Shown here: positions 14,261-26,963 of the stretch, one piece after another
How positions within the stretch are numbered: the stretch's first letter is position 1
How the letters are laid out: every line of letters starts with the position of its first letter
Position numbers and translations under genes: made by a program
Assembly: GCA_013265495.1 (NCBI GenBank)
Contig: MU057984.1
Span: 551,597 to 615,596 of the forward strand
DNA: 64,000 nt
Reading direction: 5' to 3'
Origin: Vicugna vicugna
Taxonomy: Eukaryota
The notes under the pieces: generated by a model
Seen by the model: the letters and a program-made list of their open reading frames with translations, nothing else
Told to the model about the DNA's origin: nothing
Database searches by the model: none

Positions 14261-14653
14261 ACTGTTTTATAGCAACACTTAACATCATTATCATTATTAC
14301 TAGCATTGAGTTTATGACATGTATAAAACTTTGCATCTTATATTTTTAACTCAAAATCAGAACATGTTATTATAAAAGATCCCTAAATGTAATTGTTTTA
14401 TTTACTTATTTTAAAATTATTTTTAATATGGAATTTTACAGATTATATAATACATTTACTAATTTTGATATAAAGATAGCTAAGACAATATTATTTATTA
14501 CAAAGAAAATTTTGTAGGGATTTTTTTTGCAACATCATTTTTCTGTTTTTAAAAAATCTTAAAACCATAATATGTTATCCCAGAATTCAATCCCTGCCCC
14601 ATCTTTTACACTTATAATTATTAAGTAACATTTCATTTTCTACTAACAATTTC

Positions 14654-14770
14654 TCTTGGTGGTGGTGGGGGAATTAGGTTTACTTATTTTTAGAGGAGGT
14701 ACTAGGGATTGAACCCAGGACCTTGTGCATACTAGGCAAGCACTCTACCACTTGAGCTATATCCTCCCCC
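14654..14770 (-). mobile_element. Camelid-type tRNA-derived SINE (Vic-1-like)
   Basis: Antisense A/B boxes; perfect 15-bp TSD tctactaacaatttc at 14639-14653 and 14771-14785. Confidence 0.95.
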
Positions 14771-14884
14771 TCTACTAACAATTTCAACATAATCTATTCT
14801 CTGATACAATTTTGATACTTTGCTTTGAAATATTTCACTACCCATAGCAGGAAATTTTGTGTTAGATTAGATTACTCAGCTTGA

Positions 14885-15281
14885 AGCTTTTAGATATGTC
14901 AAATTGGCTAGGCTAATGTCTCCAGTTATCTAAACATTAATCTAGGTGTTGTTATGAAGGTAGTTTGTCAATGTGATTTAAGTCTATAATCAGCTGATTT
15001 TTAAATAGGGTAGATTATCAAAGATAATTGGGAAGGGCCTGATTCGATCAGATGAAAGGTTCAAAGGGCAGAGCTGGGGCTTCCTTTAAGAACAGAGTCT
15101 GACTGTACACAGTAGCTTCAGTTCATACTCCAGAGTTTCAGTCTGCCTTAATGGCTAGCCCTTTTGATTTTGAACTTTCCTAGCCAACTCTCACAATTGT
15201 GTAAGACAATTCCTTGCAATAAATCTCTTAACATTAATTCTTGCTGGCTCTGCCTCTCTGGTAGGACCTTTATGGATATAC
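14885..15281 (+). mobile_element. ERVL solo LTR, MLT2C/D-like
   Basis: tgtcaaattggctaggcta..ctaggtgttgttatgaagg..aattccttgcaataaatctc. Confidence 0.8.
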
Positions 15282-15737
15282 CCAGCAAAAATTAAGAATA
15301 TTTTACTTCTTTAAATGTATCCACCTTCTCAAAAGATAAGTCAGTTGTGAGAGGCTAAACAAATAAGTTGGCACTTCTGGTGGTAGGAAAGCAAAGCTGA
15401 GTCTAGCTAAAGAGTATGTGGATGAATAAAAAAAAATAAAATACAATTTTGAAGCACATTATGCATATGTTCAAACTCATCAAACTGTGTACACTATGTG
15501 CAAATTTTCCCTACATCAATTATACTTCAATAAAACTTCTTTTTATTTTTTAAGAAACTTAATTTTGTCTTCTTAGAAGTAATGCAAATGCCATGGTAAA
15601 ATACTGGTAAAATAGAAGAATAATCTTGCCCCTGTTAACAACCACTGTTAACAGCTTTCCCAATGTGCATCTGTGTTTGTGTATGTGTGAGCTGTTATCA
15701 AAGAGCAAATATAATTTCATTTTTTAAAAGCATGTTT

Positions 15738-16000
15738 GGACTTCCAATTCTGGAAAAGGTAAAATGGATGTATTTCCCCCTGTTTTTCCTATAGCTAAGA
15801 CCCCTACACACAATACATAAAACAAACATAGAAAGACCTTCCAAATTATTAGGGAGACTTAGGTAAATTTGCCGGTGTCCTTGGGACTTGAGGAACAGCA
15901 TGGCAGTGAGCTCACTGGGTTTTCCTTTTCATTTGCCTATGTGTCCCAGACAGGATGCTGGAGAAGTTCACAGCCCAGAAAAGCCAACAGGAACAGACAA
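15738..16000 (+). mobile_element. Old L1 5' UTR fragment (L1MC/MD-type)
   Basis: ggacttccaattctggaaaagg..aaaacaaacatagaaagac..gggacttgaggaacagcatggcagtgag. Confidence 0.55.
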
Positions 16001-16445
16001 AAAAATAAATACTGTGTGATTAAAGTTATGTAACATTCTTGAACTGACAAAATTTTACAGATGAAGAACTGATTAATTGTCAGGGGTTAGGAATGTAGGC
16101 AAGCATATGAATATAATAGGGTGGTAGAATGAAATCTTTTCTGCGATGAGCTTTTCTGTATCTTGTTATGGTGGTTACATGAATCTATATATTTGGAAAA
16201 AAATGCATAGAACTGCATACACATACCATAAATCAATGCATGTAAAAATTGATGAAATCTGAATAAATATGTAGTGTCATTAATTATACTGTCCTGATGT
16301 CAATTTTGTGGTTTTGGTACTGTATTATAAAGATGTAAGATATTCCCATTGTGGGAAACTGTGGAGGGAAGAGGGTACATGGACCTATGTATTATTTTTA
16401 TGACTTTTGTGCACTGTAATTATTTCAAAATAAAAACTAACAAAA
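16001..16445 (+). mobile_element. Old L1 3' UTR (L1MC/MD-type)
   Basis: aaatactgtgtgatt..tcttgttatggtggttacatgaatctata..gtaattatttcaaaataaaa. Confidence 0.75.
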
Positions 16446-16998
16446 TAAAAGCATATTGCTGGTTCACATATTTAAGTCATACCAATTCCCACTTGAACAT
16501 CATTATACATTCAAAACTAAACACTATCAATTTTTACTTACATTTATCTTAAGACATTCTGGCAAATGCCCAAATCACAGAGATACTACACATAATCCAA
16601 TGATATTCTACAGAGATATAATGAAGATGCTTTAAGTCTGAAAAGTCAAATATAAAAGATACATTCTCGGCTTTTAGAAATAAGGTGTCATGGTAGCTTT
16701 ATATCTGAATAATTTTGGAACCTATTAGCAAGTCAATTTGTTAGAGTCTAATACAGAATTTTGTCAGCTATAAATAGAGAATAAAATTTGTGATTATTGT
16801 GAATGATAAATTATCGAACATCGTAGTCACTAACACCATATAGTGTCAGTGATTTATTTAGTTTGTTGTGTGCATGTGTATGAGTAGCTAAGTATGGAGT
16901 TTGTGTCTGTGTGTAAAGAGAGGGAAAGAGAAAATTTTATTTTGGCTTGATTAATGTTCATAATTCAATTCTCTTGCAAGGCAAAGTAAGTGCAATTC

Positions 16999-17619
16999 AA
17001 CCTAAATATCTTTCAATGAGTGAATGAATAAAGAAAATGTGATATACATATACATATATATATACACACATATATATATATAACAAAATATTATTCAGCC
17101 ATAAAAAGAAAGAAATCCTGCCACTGTGACAACATGGATGAACCTGGAGGACATCAAGCTAAAAAATAAGCCAGTTACAGAATGACAAATATTGTATGAT
17201 TTCACTTATATGGAGAATCTAAAGTCAAACCCATAGAACTGGAGACTCAAACTATGGTTGTCAGGGGCTGGAGGGTAGGGGAAAAGGGGGAGATGTTGGA
17301 CAAAAGGTCCAAACCTTCAGGCATAAGATGAATAAGTTCTGAAAGTCTAATGTACAGTATTATGACTACAGTTAACAATACTGTATTGCATATCTAAAAT
17401 TTGCTAAGAGAGTAAATATTAAGTGTTATTACTCCACACACACATACACACACACACACACAAATGGTGACTATGCAAGGTGATGGATGTGTTAAATAAC
17501 CTGATTGTGGTAGTTACTTCACAATGTAGTATACGTATTTTAAATTATCACATTGTACCCCTTAAATATATACAAGTTTTAATTATCAATTATACCTCAA
17601 TAAAACTAAGAAAAAAAAA
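16999..17619 (+). mobile_element. L1 3' end (L1MA-type)
   Basis: aaagaaaatgtg..ttcagccataaaaag..acatggatgaacctggagg..tatacctcaataaaa plus A tail; internal (CA)n. Confidence 0.9.
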
Positions 17620-17779
17620 GTGCAGTTTAAACTTCCAGTTTGCAGATGCTGGAAACCTGGGCAAGCCACCTAATGTAATAGATGGATGATACAATCAAGG
17701 TGCAAATCTTCTTCACAGACTGGAATAATGAACTGAAACTAACAAGGCAAAATTTAATTAAAAAAAACCCAAAACTATA

Positions 17780-19112
17780 GTAAATCAATGCAGTTAGAAC
17801 ACTCCCTCATACCATATACAAAAATAAACTCAAAATGGCTTAAAGACTTTAATATAAGACAAGACACACTAAACCTCCTAGAAGAAAATATAGGCAAAAC
17901 ATTCTCTGACGTAAATCTCAGCAACGTTCTCCTAGGGCAGTCTACTCAGGCAATAGAAATAAAAGCAAGTATTAACAAATGAGACCTAATTCAACTTATA
18001 AGCTTTTGCACAGCAAAGGAAAACATAAACAAAACAAAAGGACAACCTACGGAATAGGAAAAAATATTTGCAAATGATGTGACTGACAAAGGTTTAATCC
18101 CTAGAATATATAAACATCTCATACAACTTAATAATAAAAAACAAACAACCCAATCCAAAAATGGGCAGAAGATCTAAATAAGCAATTCTCCAGTGAAGAC
18201 ATACAAACGGCCAACAGGCACATGAAAAAATGCTCAATATTGCTAACCATCAGAGAAATGCAAATCAAAACTACAATGAGGTATCACCTCACATCAGTTA
18301 GAATGGCCATCATTCAAAAGTCCACAAACAATAAATGCTGGAGATGTTGTGGAGAAAAGGGAAACCTCCTACACTGTTGGTGGGAATGTAGTTTGGTGCA
18401 GCCATTGTGGAAAACAGTATGGAGATTCCCAAAAGAACTAAAAATAGACTTACCATATGATCCAGTAATCCCAGTCCTGGGCATATAACCAGAGGGAACT
18501 CTAATTCAAAAAAGATGAATGCACCCCAATGTTCATACCAGCACTATTTACAATAGCCAAGACATGTAACTAACGTAAATGTCCACTGACAAATGACTGG
18601 ATAAAGAAGCTGAGGTATATTTATACAATGGAATACTATTCAGCCATAAAAATGATAAAATAGTGCCATTTGCAGTAACACGGATGGCCCTGGAGAATGT
18701 CATTCTAAGTGAAGTAAGCTAGAAAGAGAAAGAAAAATACCAAATGATATCACTTATATGTGGAATCTAAAAAAAAAAGGAAAAAAGGAGGACTCTAATG
18801 AACTCATCTACAAAACAGGAACAGACTCGCAGACATAGAAAACAATCTTATGGTTACCCGGGGAAAGGGGGTGGGAAGGGATAAATTTGGGAGTTTGAGA
18901 TTTACAAATGTTAGCCACTAGATATAAAAATATATTTAAAAAAACAAATTTTTTCTGTATAGTACAGGAAACTATATTCAGTATCTTGTAATAACCTTTA
19001 ATGAAAAAGAATATGAAAACGAATATATGTACGTATATGTGTGACTGGGAAACTGTGCTGTACACCAGAAACTGATACATTGTAATTGACTGTACTACAA
19101 AAAAAAAAAAAA
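17780..19112 (+). mobile_element. 5'-truncated lineage-specific L1 (ORF2 C-terminus and 3' UTR)
   Basis: Disrupted ORF2 peptides LEHSLIPYTKINSKW and [25 protein letters not shown]; poly(A) tail. Confidence 0.97.
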
Positions 19113-19189
19113 CCTACAAAAAACAAAAAGACAAAATCCTGGCAAGATAATCTTTGTCTAGTGTGTTACAGAGGAGGTTTGGTGGTCAG

Positions 19190-19420
19190 CACGGCAGAGT
19201 TTGAATCCTGCGGTCACCACTATCTGACGATGAGTCTTTAGCAATGACACTTATCTCTCTGTGCATCAGTTTCTTCCTTTGTTAATTGTGAATAATGATA
19301 TGATGATGGTGATGTGTGATGATGATTACATTGGAGGTTGACTGTGAAGATTAAACAAAATAACACAGAAAAAGCACCTATGATAATCTCTGGCACATAG
19401 TAAATCTCAATGTTTGTTAT
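19190..19420 (+). mobile_element. MIR SINE
   Basis: tttgaatcctg..ctctctgtgcatcagtttct..tgtgaagattaaa..tggcacatagtaa. Confidence 0.8.
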
Positions 19421-19599
19421 TGCTTTTGCTGCTTAAAAAATCTTCATAAAAGTAAAACCTTTAAATTCACATACAAATAAAGATGAGAAAAATGAAGAAA
19501 CCATAAGGGGAAGGACAGCACCATTTCCATTTGAGCCAATCATCTGACTCAACTTGTCAAATAAAATAACTGCACTTTAATGCACAGACTTAGGACTCA

Positions 19600-19745
19600 C
19601 CCAGAATCAAGTCCTGCCTCTGATACTTACCAGCTACGTGACTTTAGGAAAATTACTAATCCTCTGTAAGCCAGGCTTTGTTTCTTCGTTTGTAATAGGG
19701 AGTAATAGTAGTGACTGCATCTTAGAGGTGTTGTGAGGATTAAAA
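19600..19745 (+). mobile_element. MIR SINE
   Basis: caagtcctgcctctgatacttaccagctacgtgactttagg..ttgtgaggattaaa. Confidence 0.8.
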
Positions 19746-20419
19746 ACACTGCACATATTTGGAACAGATAGCTCCACAACGCTATAAATTCTGTCCTTAT
19801 TTCTAGAATACAGTCTAAGACATGAATGTCACAACATTCTGGGGAAATCTCAGAATTTTCTAATCAAGAGAAGAAATCTCTCCATTAGCTTAGTGCCAAA
19901 TCTCTTAGCTGTGCTAAGCAATACTTCTGGAACAGAAAGTCTTGTCCTTTTTTCCTTTGTTGACTTTCTTGATTTCATTCCTTATGTCTATTCCTAATGT
20001 TGTCTCCTATGTTCTGTTCCAGTTCTTGACAACTTTGCCCTGAACTCTGGCAAACATATGCCTTCTAAATATTTCCCCCAACTTCCTGAGAGTTAGTGAA
20101 TCTTAAGATGGTGGAGGGCAGGCTGGTGTTGCTTGTGACAATCATAACTTTTCAATGGAGAGGGTTGACTGACATCAGATAACACATCTCCACAGCCTTC
20201 ATTCTTCTCACATCTGTCAAATTCTGCCCCCATAGCATTTTTGTTATCTATTAGCATCCCTAGCTATACCATCTATATCTGTATCTACAGATAGCATCTG
20301 CTATGCATAGCATCCCTACTATCTATTACATGTTGTTGATGAGAATGTGGCAAAAGCCTCTTTTCACAGCTACTGGACCAGGCTCTCAAAAACACTGCTT
20401 TCAATGGAGTCTTTATAGG

Positions 20420-20600
20420 CTAATAATAGCACATTTATTGATCACTCACTATTTGTCAGGTGTATAGTGTCACATTATATCCTCAGGTGATAACAGCTCT
20501 TATGCCCATTTTAATTATGAGGAAACTAACTTGGAGACGTAACACCACTAAAATCAAAGAAGCTAAGATTCAAGTGCCAGATCCATCAGGACTGAAAGCC
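20420..20600 (-). mobile_element. MIR fragment
   Basis: aatagcacatttattga..cccattttaattatgaggaaact. Confidence 0.6.
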
Positions 20601-20630
20601 CAGAAAAATGACAATCTCCTATATATATCT

Positions 20631-21173
20631 TATACGGGAGGAAAAATTACTTTTCCCTCTATCCTTCTAGGTTCTTGGCTGAGACCCCTTGTAATAAAAG
20701 ATTAACAGAAGAAAAACAAACAAGTTCAGTAACATGTATACCTTCTGCATATATGGCAGATACCCAGAAAAATGGAGTAACTCCCCAAATGACCTAAGTT
20801 ACCACCTTAAATACCACGCCCAGCTAACTGACAAAGGAAGGTGGTGGGGGAGGGGAAGGCAAGTTATGGGAGGGATTCAGGAAAAGCACAGTAAATATGA
20901 GTAAAGTTGCGATGCAGATTTAAGTCCTTATCTTTTCCACTGATAAAGAGTTTCTAGAGATTTAGAGTCATCCTCCTCTTCCTGGTACAGAGAAGGAGAC
21001 ACCCTCATAAATGGAGATTTTCCTTATAAATGCGAATGTTTCCTTCGGAAGAGTAACTTCTACTCAGTTTTTAGAGCTTCTCCTGTGTCTGTTGTTTCCT
21101 AAAAATAATTGGCTCAAAATAATCCTTAGGCCACAAAGGCATATTTTTGGGTAACATATTCTGCTCTCCTTCA
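20631..21173 (-). mobile_element. ERV1 solo LTR, MER34A1-like
   Basis: Reverse complement starts tgaaggagagcagaatatgttacccaaaaatatgcc and ends ttttcctcccgtata; 4-bp flanks atct/atat. Confidence 0.9.
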
Positions 21174-21363
21174 ATATAGTGGAACTTGCACTGTGTTGGG
21201 TTTCATATAGACTGTCACAGTATATAAAATACAGTCTTTGCCCTTGTCCTCCAATTCATTTTAATGAAACAGGTACATAACTAAGTAAACTTGAAATATT
21301 CAGACTACTGACTTGCTCTTGGGTTGGGTATTTCCTCATAACCACAGAGGGAGTACAGGGAAG

Positions 21364-22379
21364 TGTCAGGAAAAAAGAAATTTTCCTCTACCCTTCAAAG
21401 TTCTTCTGGCTGGTCTAAGAAGTAAATTGACATGAGATAGGTTAACAAAAGAAAATCAAACTAAAGTTTAATAACATGTAAAACGGAACAGACCCAAAAG
21501 AAGTGAGTCACTCATCAAAATGGCTAAACCCTCACCTTAAATACCATCTTCAGCTAAAGACAAAAGAGGACATTGAGGTTAGTGGTTTGGGACTTCAAAG
21601 AGGAGGAAGGCAATTCACATGAGATGAAAAAGCAATGTTCAGTAAACAAATGTTTGCTGGGCCATACAAAGAAAATGGGACACAGAGTGGACCCTGATTT
21701 CTAGGCCCTGCCAGTTTCCCCGACCATGTCTAGTCCATATTCTTTGCAGATATTGTGAAGGAAAAGCCGGGCTGGTCTAACAAGATAACTCACAAGTCTA
21801 GGAATGTGAAGGAGAGGCTGGGGTGGTCTAACAAGATAACTCACAAATCTAAGTATGGGGAATACTGATCTGAGTTCTGCTGGACTAACTTGTGAATCTA
21901 AGTTAATTAGTGTTGGCTTGCTGTTCATGTTTTTTTGCTAGCCAGCTGGATTTTCAAAGATATATATCTGGCTTTGGAATGTTGGTTTGCTACCTCCCCA
22001 CCTCCACTTTTGTGATGCTGCTGCTGCTAAAGCTGTTCCATGCCTATTGGCCGAATACTCCAAACTTGTACTTTACCCATGCTCACGTCTGGAGGTGCTC
22101 AGAGCTTCGGAGCAGAAGCCCCTCTGAGCCCGCTGGCGTAATACATCTGAGTACTCCAACCCCCTGAGTGGTGCTTGTTTCTTGGCTGGCCTGTCGTTTC
22201 CGTAACAGTATCTCCAGTGATATTTCTATTCTGGGAAGAGGCCCTCTAAATTCTTTTAGGCAGTTAGGAGGAAGATCAAAGGTTCTTCTTGACTCTTTTG
22301 GGCTGTGATTGTTTTCAGCTCAAAATAATCCACAAGCCAAAGAGACACATTTTGGGGTAGCAAATTTTGCTCCCCTACA
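21364..22379 (-). mobile_element. ERV1 solo LTR, MER34-related subtype, interrupted by a nested LTR
   Basis: Reverse complement starts tgtaggggagcaaaatttgctaccccaaaatgtgtctc; TG..CA termini; flanks gaag/gtag; homologous to 57926-58471. Confidence 0.9.
21754..22207 (+). mobile_element. Younger unassigned ERV solo LTR nested in a MER34-type LTR
   Basis: tgtgaagg..cgtaaca termini, flanks atat/gtat, 51-bp tandem repeat at the 5' end, retained CpGs; host sequence resumes after it. Confidence 0.85.
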
Positions 22380-23765
22380 GTAGTAAACGCCTAGAGATGA
22401 CCTACTGAAAAATGGGCAGTTTGGACAGGACGTAGAAGGTGGGAGGGAAAAGGTCGGGCAAGTTTTTAAACAGTCTTATAATTGGAATAGGTGGAAGCAA
22501 CTTGGCAGTGGACTTGGTGGTAATGAATATTAGGGGCTGGGAAATGGGAAATATATTTAATTAGGAATTACTGAGCTATTTATTTGCCATAATTGATTAG
22601 TAAGCACAAGAAAGCCATTTCAAGTTGTTAAGAGGTTGAAAGATTTATGGTATGTTTTCAGAAAAGTATTCTGGTAGTGAAGTGTTAGAGAAATTGGGCA
22701 GAGAACAAGATGGCAGGGGCACTGGTGGAAGTTGCTATAATAAACTATGCTGGTTACCATGGTGATGGCCAGGCAAGGATATATCCTAGATTCAGGATGA
22801 AATGACCTGTATATTCCCCTATCTCACCATCTCTGTAGTTTTGCCATACATGAACATCCTGGTAATTAATTTTTTATTTAACATATACTTATAAGTCACT
22901 TTGGAATTTTGAAAAAAGGATATTTATCTTTCATGTTACAAACTGCAGCAATCCTTTTCTTCTAAGATATTTTTTAAAAGTGTAGAAACCAGAAATATTT
23001 CTTTGCATCAGCACACTTCAGATGAATCAAAACTGTTCCAATTGTTTGGAGAAACAGAACCAAAGCCCTTAGACTAGACCAATTCTCTACTTAACAACCT
23101 TCAACAGTACCATATTCCCTTTTAAAATTAAAATTTGGTTTTCTAGCTCCCCTAAATCGTATCCATCCCCAGTCCCTCTACATGACATCCCATTTATGTT
23201 CAAACCATGATTTCACTAATATTATGAATATAACTTTGCCTTTTCACCCCCAGGTCACAAGAGCCTGAGGATAAAAACAGTGTCATAAATTGCACAGAAA
23301 ACAAGTTGTTTATTTTCTCCCTCCCTCTCGTGACTGAGAACTGTGGGTCTATAACTGACTTAAAATTCCTTCCAATTACACATAGTGGAGTCTTACCCTT
23401 ATTCTTTGAACTGTCACATAGCATCTGTCATTTCCTTCTGGCATGTATACTTCTGTTCCATTACCTTCTCTTGTAATCTGGCTGTGATATGTCCCACTCA
23501 TGATCAGGGCCTTGATGTCCCCCTTAAAGGGAAATGTTTCATTTCCTTTGCTTTGTAGATGTAACCTCTGCTATTAATATTGCCCTAAATGGGGCCAGAT
23601 ATACTTTATCACAGCTTTGACTAGACTGTTACACTGGTCACCACAAGAAGGGCTGTCTAATACTCTAAAAGCTTTCATGAGTTAAGTCTAGGTTTACCCC
23701 TTCATTGGATTCCCATGGGGACCAGAAAGCTGGGACAGGGATATATATATATATATATCCCTGAC

Positions 23766-24247
23766 TGTTGGAAAGGAAAGAACTTTCCTCTACCCTTCTA
23801 GGTTCTTCTGGCTGGTCTAAGAATTAAATTGACGTGAGACAGATTAACAGAAGAAAATCAAATGTAATTTCATAGAACAGAAATCCCATACACGAGAGGT
23901 TCAGAGACAAAAAGTTAAAATGAAGTATATACGCCTGCCTGGGCTAAGGAATGGGATAGGGGCCTGGGACTTCCAAGGACAGGAGTGTCATTCATGGGAT
24001 GATAAGAAGAGGACCAGATGTTTGGCAGTTAGATGTTTGCCCTTCCATATAGAAGGGGCCACTCAGATAAAACTTACCTCCAATAATAACTATTTTCTGG
24101 GAAGCATCCCCAATTTAAATCCTTCTAGGTAGTTAAGGGAGGGGTAGTAGTTTCTCTTGAACCCACAAGCTCTCAACTGCCCTTAGCTCCAAATAAGCCT
24201 CATTCAAAAGTGGCATATTCTAGGGAGGCCTGCTACAAACTCCTACA
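23766..24247 (-). mobile_element. ERV1 solo LTR, MER34-related subtype
   Basis: TG..CA termini, perfect 4-bp TSD tgac, shared ctacccttctaggttcttctggctggtctaag block. Confidence 0.92.
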
Positions 24248-24305
24248 TGACCCACCTAGACCTGTATTCAAATCTCCAACCTCTTCCAAATCTGAGCTAT
24301 TACTC

Positions 24306-25907
24306 TTTTTTCTTTTTTTTTTTTTGGATACTTTTTTTTTAATTTTTAAATTTTTTTAACATTTTTTATTGATTTATAATCATTTTACAATGTTGTGTCA
24401 AATTTCAGTGTAGAGCACAATTTTTCAGTTATACATGAACATATATATATTCATTGTCACATTTTTTTCTCTGTGAGCTACCATAAGATCTTGTGTATAT
24501 TTCCCTGTGCTATACAGTATAATCTTGTTTATCTATTCTACAATTTTGAAATCCCAGTCTATCTCTTCCCACCCCCCACCCCCTTGGCAACCACAAGTTT
24601 ATATTCTACGTCTGTGAGTCTATTTCTGTTTTGTATTTATGCTTTGTGTTTGTTTTGTTTTGTTTTGTTTTGTTTTTAGATTCCACATATGAGAGATCTT
24701 ATATGGTATTTTTCTTTCTCTTTCTGGCTTACTTCATTTAGAATGACATTATCCAGGGACACCCATGTTGCTGCAACTGCCATTATGTTGTCGGTTTTTA
24801 TGTCTGAGTAGTATTCCATTGTATAAATATACCACCTCTTCTTTATCCAGTCATCTGTTGATGGACATTTAGGCTGTTTCCAGGTCTTGGCTATTGTAAA
24901 TAATGCTGCTATGAACATTNNNNNNNNNNNNNNNNNNNNNNNNNNNNNNNNNNNNNNNNNNNNNNNNNNNNNNNNNNNNNNNNNNNNNNNNNNNNNNNNN
25001 NNNNNNNNNNNNNNNNNNNNNNNNNNNNNNNNNNNNNNNNNNNNNNNNNNNNNNNNNNNNNNNNNNNNNNNNNNNNNNNNNNNNNNNNNNNNNNNNNNNN
25101 NNNNNNNNNNNNNNNNNNNNNNNNNNNNNNNNNNNNNNNNNNNNNNNNNNNNNNNNNNNNNNNNNNNNNNNNNNNNNNNNNNNNNNNNNNNNNNNNNNNN
25201 NNNNNNNNNNNNNNNNNNNNNNNNNNNNNNNNNNNNNNNNNNNNNNNNNNNNNNNNNNNNNNNNNNNNNNNNNNNNNNNNNNNNNNNNNNNNNNNNNNNN
25301 NGTTTATTCTTGCTTTTATTTCTTCTAGGAGAACATTTTTGAGATGTATGTCAGATAATGTTTTGCCTATGTTTTCCTCTAGGAGGTTTATTGTATCTTG
25401 TCTTATGTTTAAGTCTTTCGTCCATCTTGAGTTGATTTTTGTGTATGGTGTAAGTGAGTGTTCTAGCTTCACTGCTTTACATGCTGCTGTCCAGTTTTCC
25501 CAACACCATTTGCTGAAGAGACTGTCTTTATTCCATTGTATATTCTTGCCTCCTTTGTTGAAGATTAGTTGACCAAAAGTTTGTGGGTTCATTTCTGGGC
25601 TCTCTATTCTGTTCCATTGGTCTATATGTCTGTTTTGGTACCAATACCATGCTGTCTTGATGACTGTAGCTCTATAGTATTGTCTGAAGTCTGGGAGAGT
25701 GATTCCTCCAGCCTCTTTCTTTCTCTTCAGTAATGCTTTGGCAATTCTAGGTCTTTGATGGTTCCATATAAATTTTATTATGATTTGTCCTAGTTCTGTG
25801 AAATATGTCCTGGGTAATTTGATAGGGATTGCATTAAATCTGTAGATTGCCTTGCGCAGTGTGACCATTTTAACAATATTGATTCTTCCAATCCAAGAGC
25901 ATGGGAT
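24306..25907 (-). mobile_element. Young 5'-truncated L1 (ORF2 C-terminal part and 3' UTR) spanning the gap
   Basis: Uninterrupted ORF2 frame [33 protein letters not shown]..; poly(T) at 24306; perfect TSD atctgagctattactc at 24290-24305 and 25908-25923. Confidence 0.98.
24920..25301. other. Assembly gap (382 N)
   Basis: N run inside the young L1. Confidence 1.
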
Positions 25908-26447
25908 ATCTGAGCTATTACTCCTGAATCACGTTTGTGTGGCTAAACTTTCACTTCTCTTGGAAAACTTGTTCTTATAGCTCCTTAGTTCTCATATAAA
26001 TAGCCCCAACGTTTTGCAAGCCAAACACATAGGGTGCCTATAACTTAGAAAATTCTCAAGCTGAGAACCCCTGCTACATGAAGATACAGAATTTCCCCTG
26101 TAATAAACTTCAGACAGCAAGAGCATTGACAACTAGCTACTTTAAGTAAGGCAGAGCAAAAGAGCAGCAGGAAGGAGCTGGGAAAAACATCCAGGAGAAT
26201 TTTTTTTCTCTTTTTGATGAAGTCTATATGGTATATATATTTTATTTAAAGCATCTTTTTCAGTCCTTTAATAGTTTATAGCCCATAGTAGAATAAGCAT
26301 ATTAAATGCCATTTTCAGATTTTTTTAAATAAAGGAGTGATATAACAACTTATTTGTTACTCTTCACAGTTAGGCTTACTTATTAAGGGATATCAGGACC
26401 ACCATCTCTTTGAATCTATCAGAGTTCCATTATTGGTCTTCTACATC

Positions 26448-26963
26448 TGTAGGACAGTGGAATATGCCACCCCAAAATGTGCCTCTTTGGCATAAGGATT
26501 ATTTTGAGAAACAGCACATACAGGAGAAGATCTAAAGACCAAGAAGTTACCCTTTTGCAAGGGACATTTACAAGGGAACTCTCCATTTGTTAAGAGTATC
26601 TCCCTCTATGTAGCAGGAAGAGGGCAACTCTAAATCTCTAGAAACTCTTATCCACGGAGAAGGTACTTAGATCTGCATAAAAACCTTACCCTACTTTACT
26701 GTGCTTTGCTTGGTAATTTCCCATTACTAGTCTCCCTGTGTCCCTCCATCTTCCTTTATCTTTAGCTGGAGATTCTATTTAAAGTGGCGTCTTGAGCCAC
26801 TTCAGGGAAGTACTCAGTTTTCCTGGGTCTCCCCCATATATACAGGATGTATACATCTTATTAAACTTTTGTCTGTTTTTCTCCTGTTAATCAGTCTTTT
26901 TATTAGGGCAGTCTCAGCCAAGAACCTAGAAGGTAATGGGAAAATTATGTCTTCTCTCCTATG
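26448..26963 (+). mobile_element. ERV1 solo LTR, MER34A1-like
   Basis: tgtaggacagtggaatatgccaccccaaaatgtgcctctttggcataaggattattttgag start; attaaa signal; gaaaattat..ctcctatg end. Confidence 0.92.

Noticed and set aside
21754..21855. Direct repeats as a CRISPR-like array
   Set aside because: Only two adjacent copies, no spacers, inside a mammalian LTR
24887..25868. 319-aa and 151-aa ORFs
   Set aside because: Their length is inflated by the N gap; the real part is truncated L1 ORF2, not a host gene
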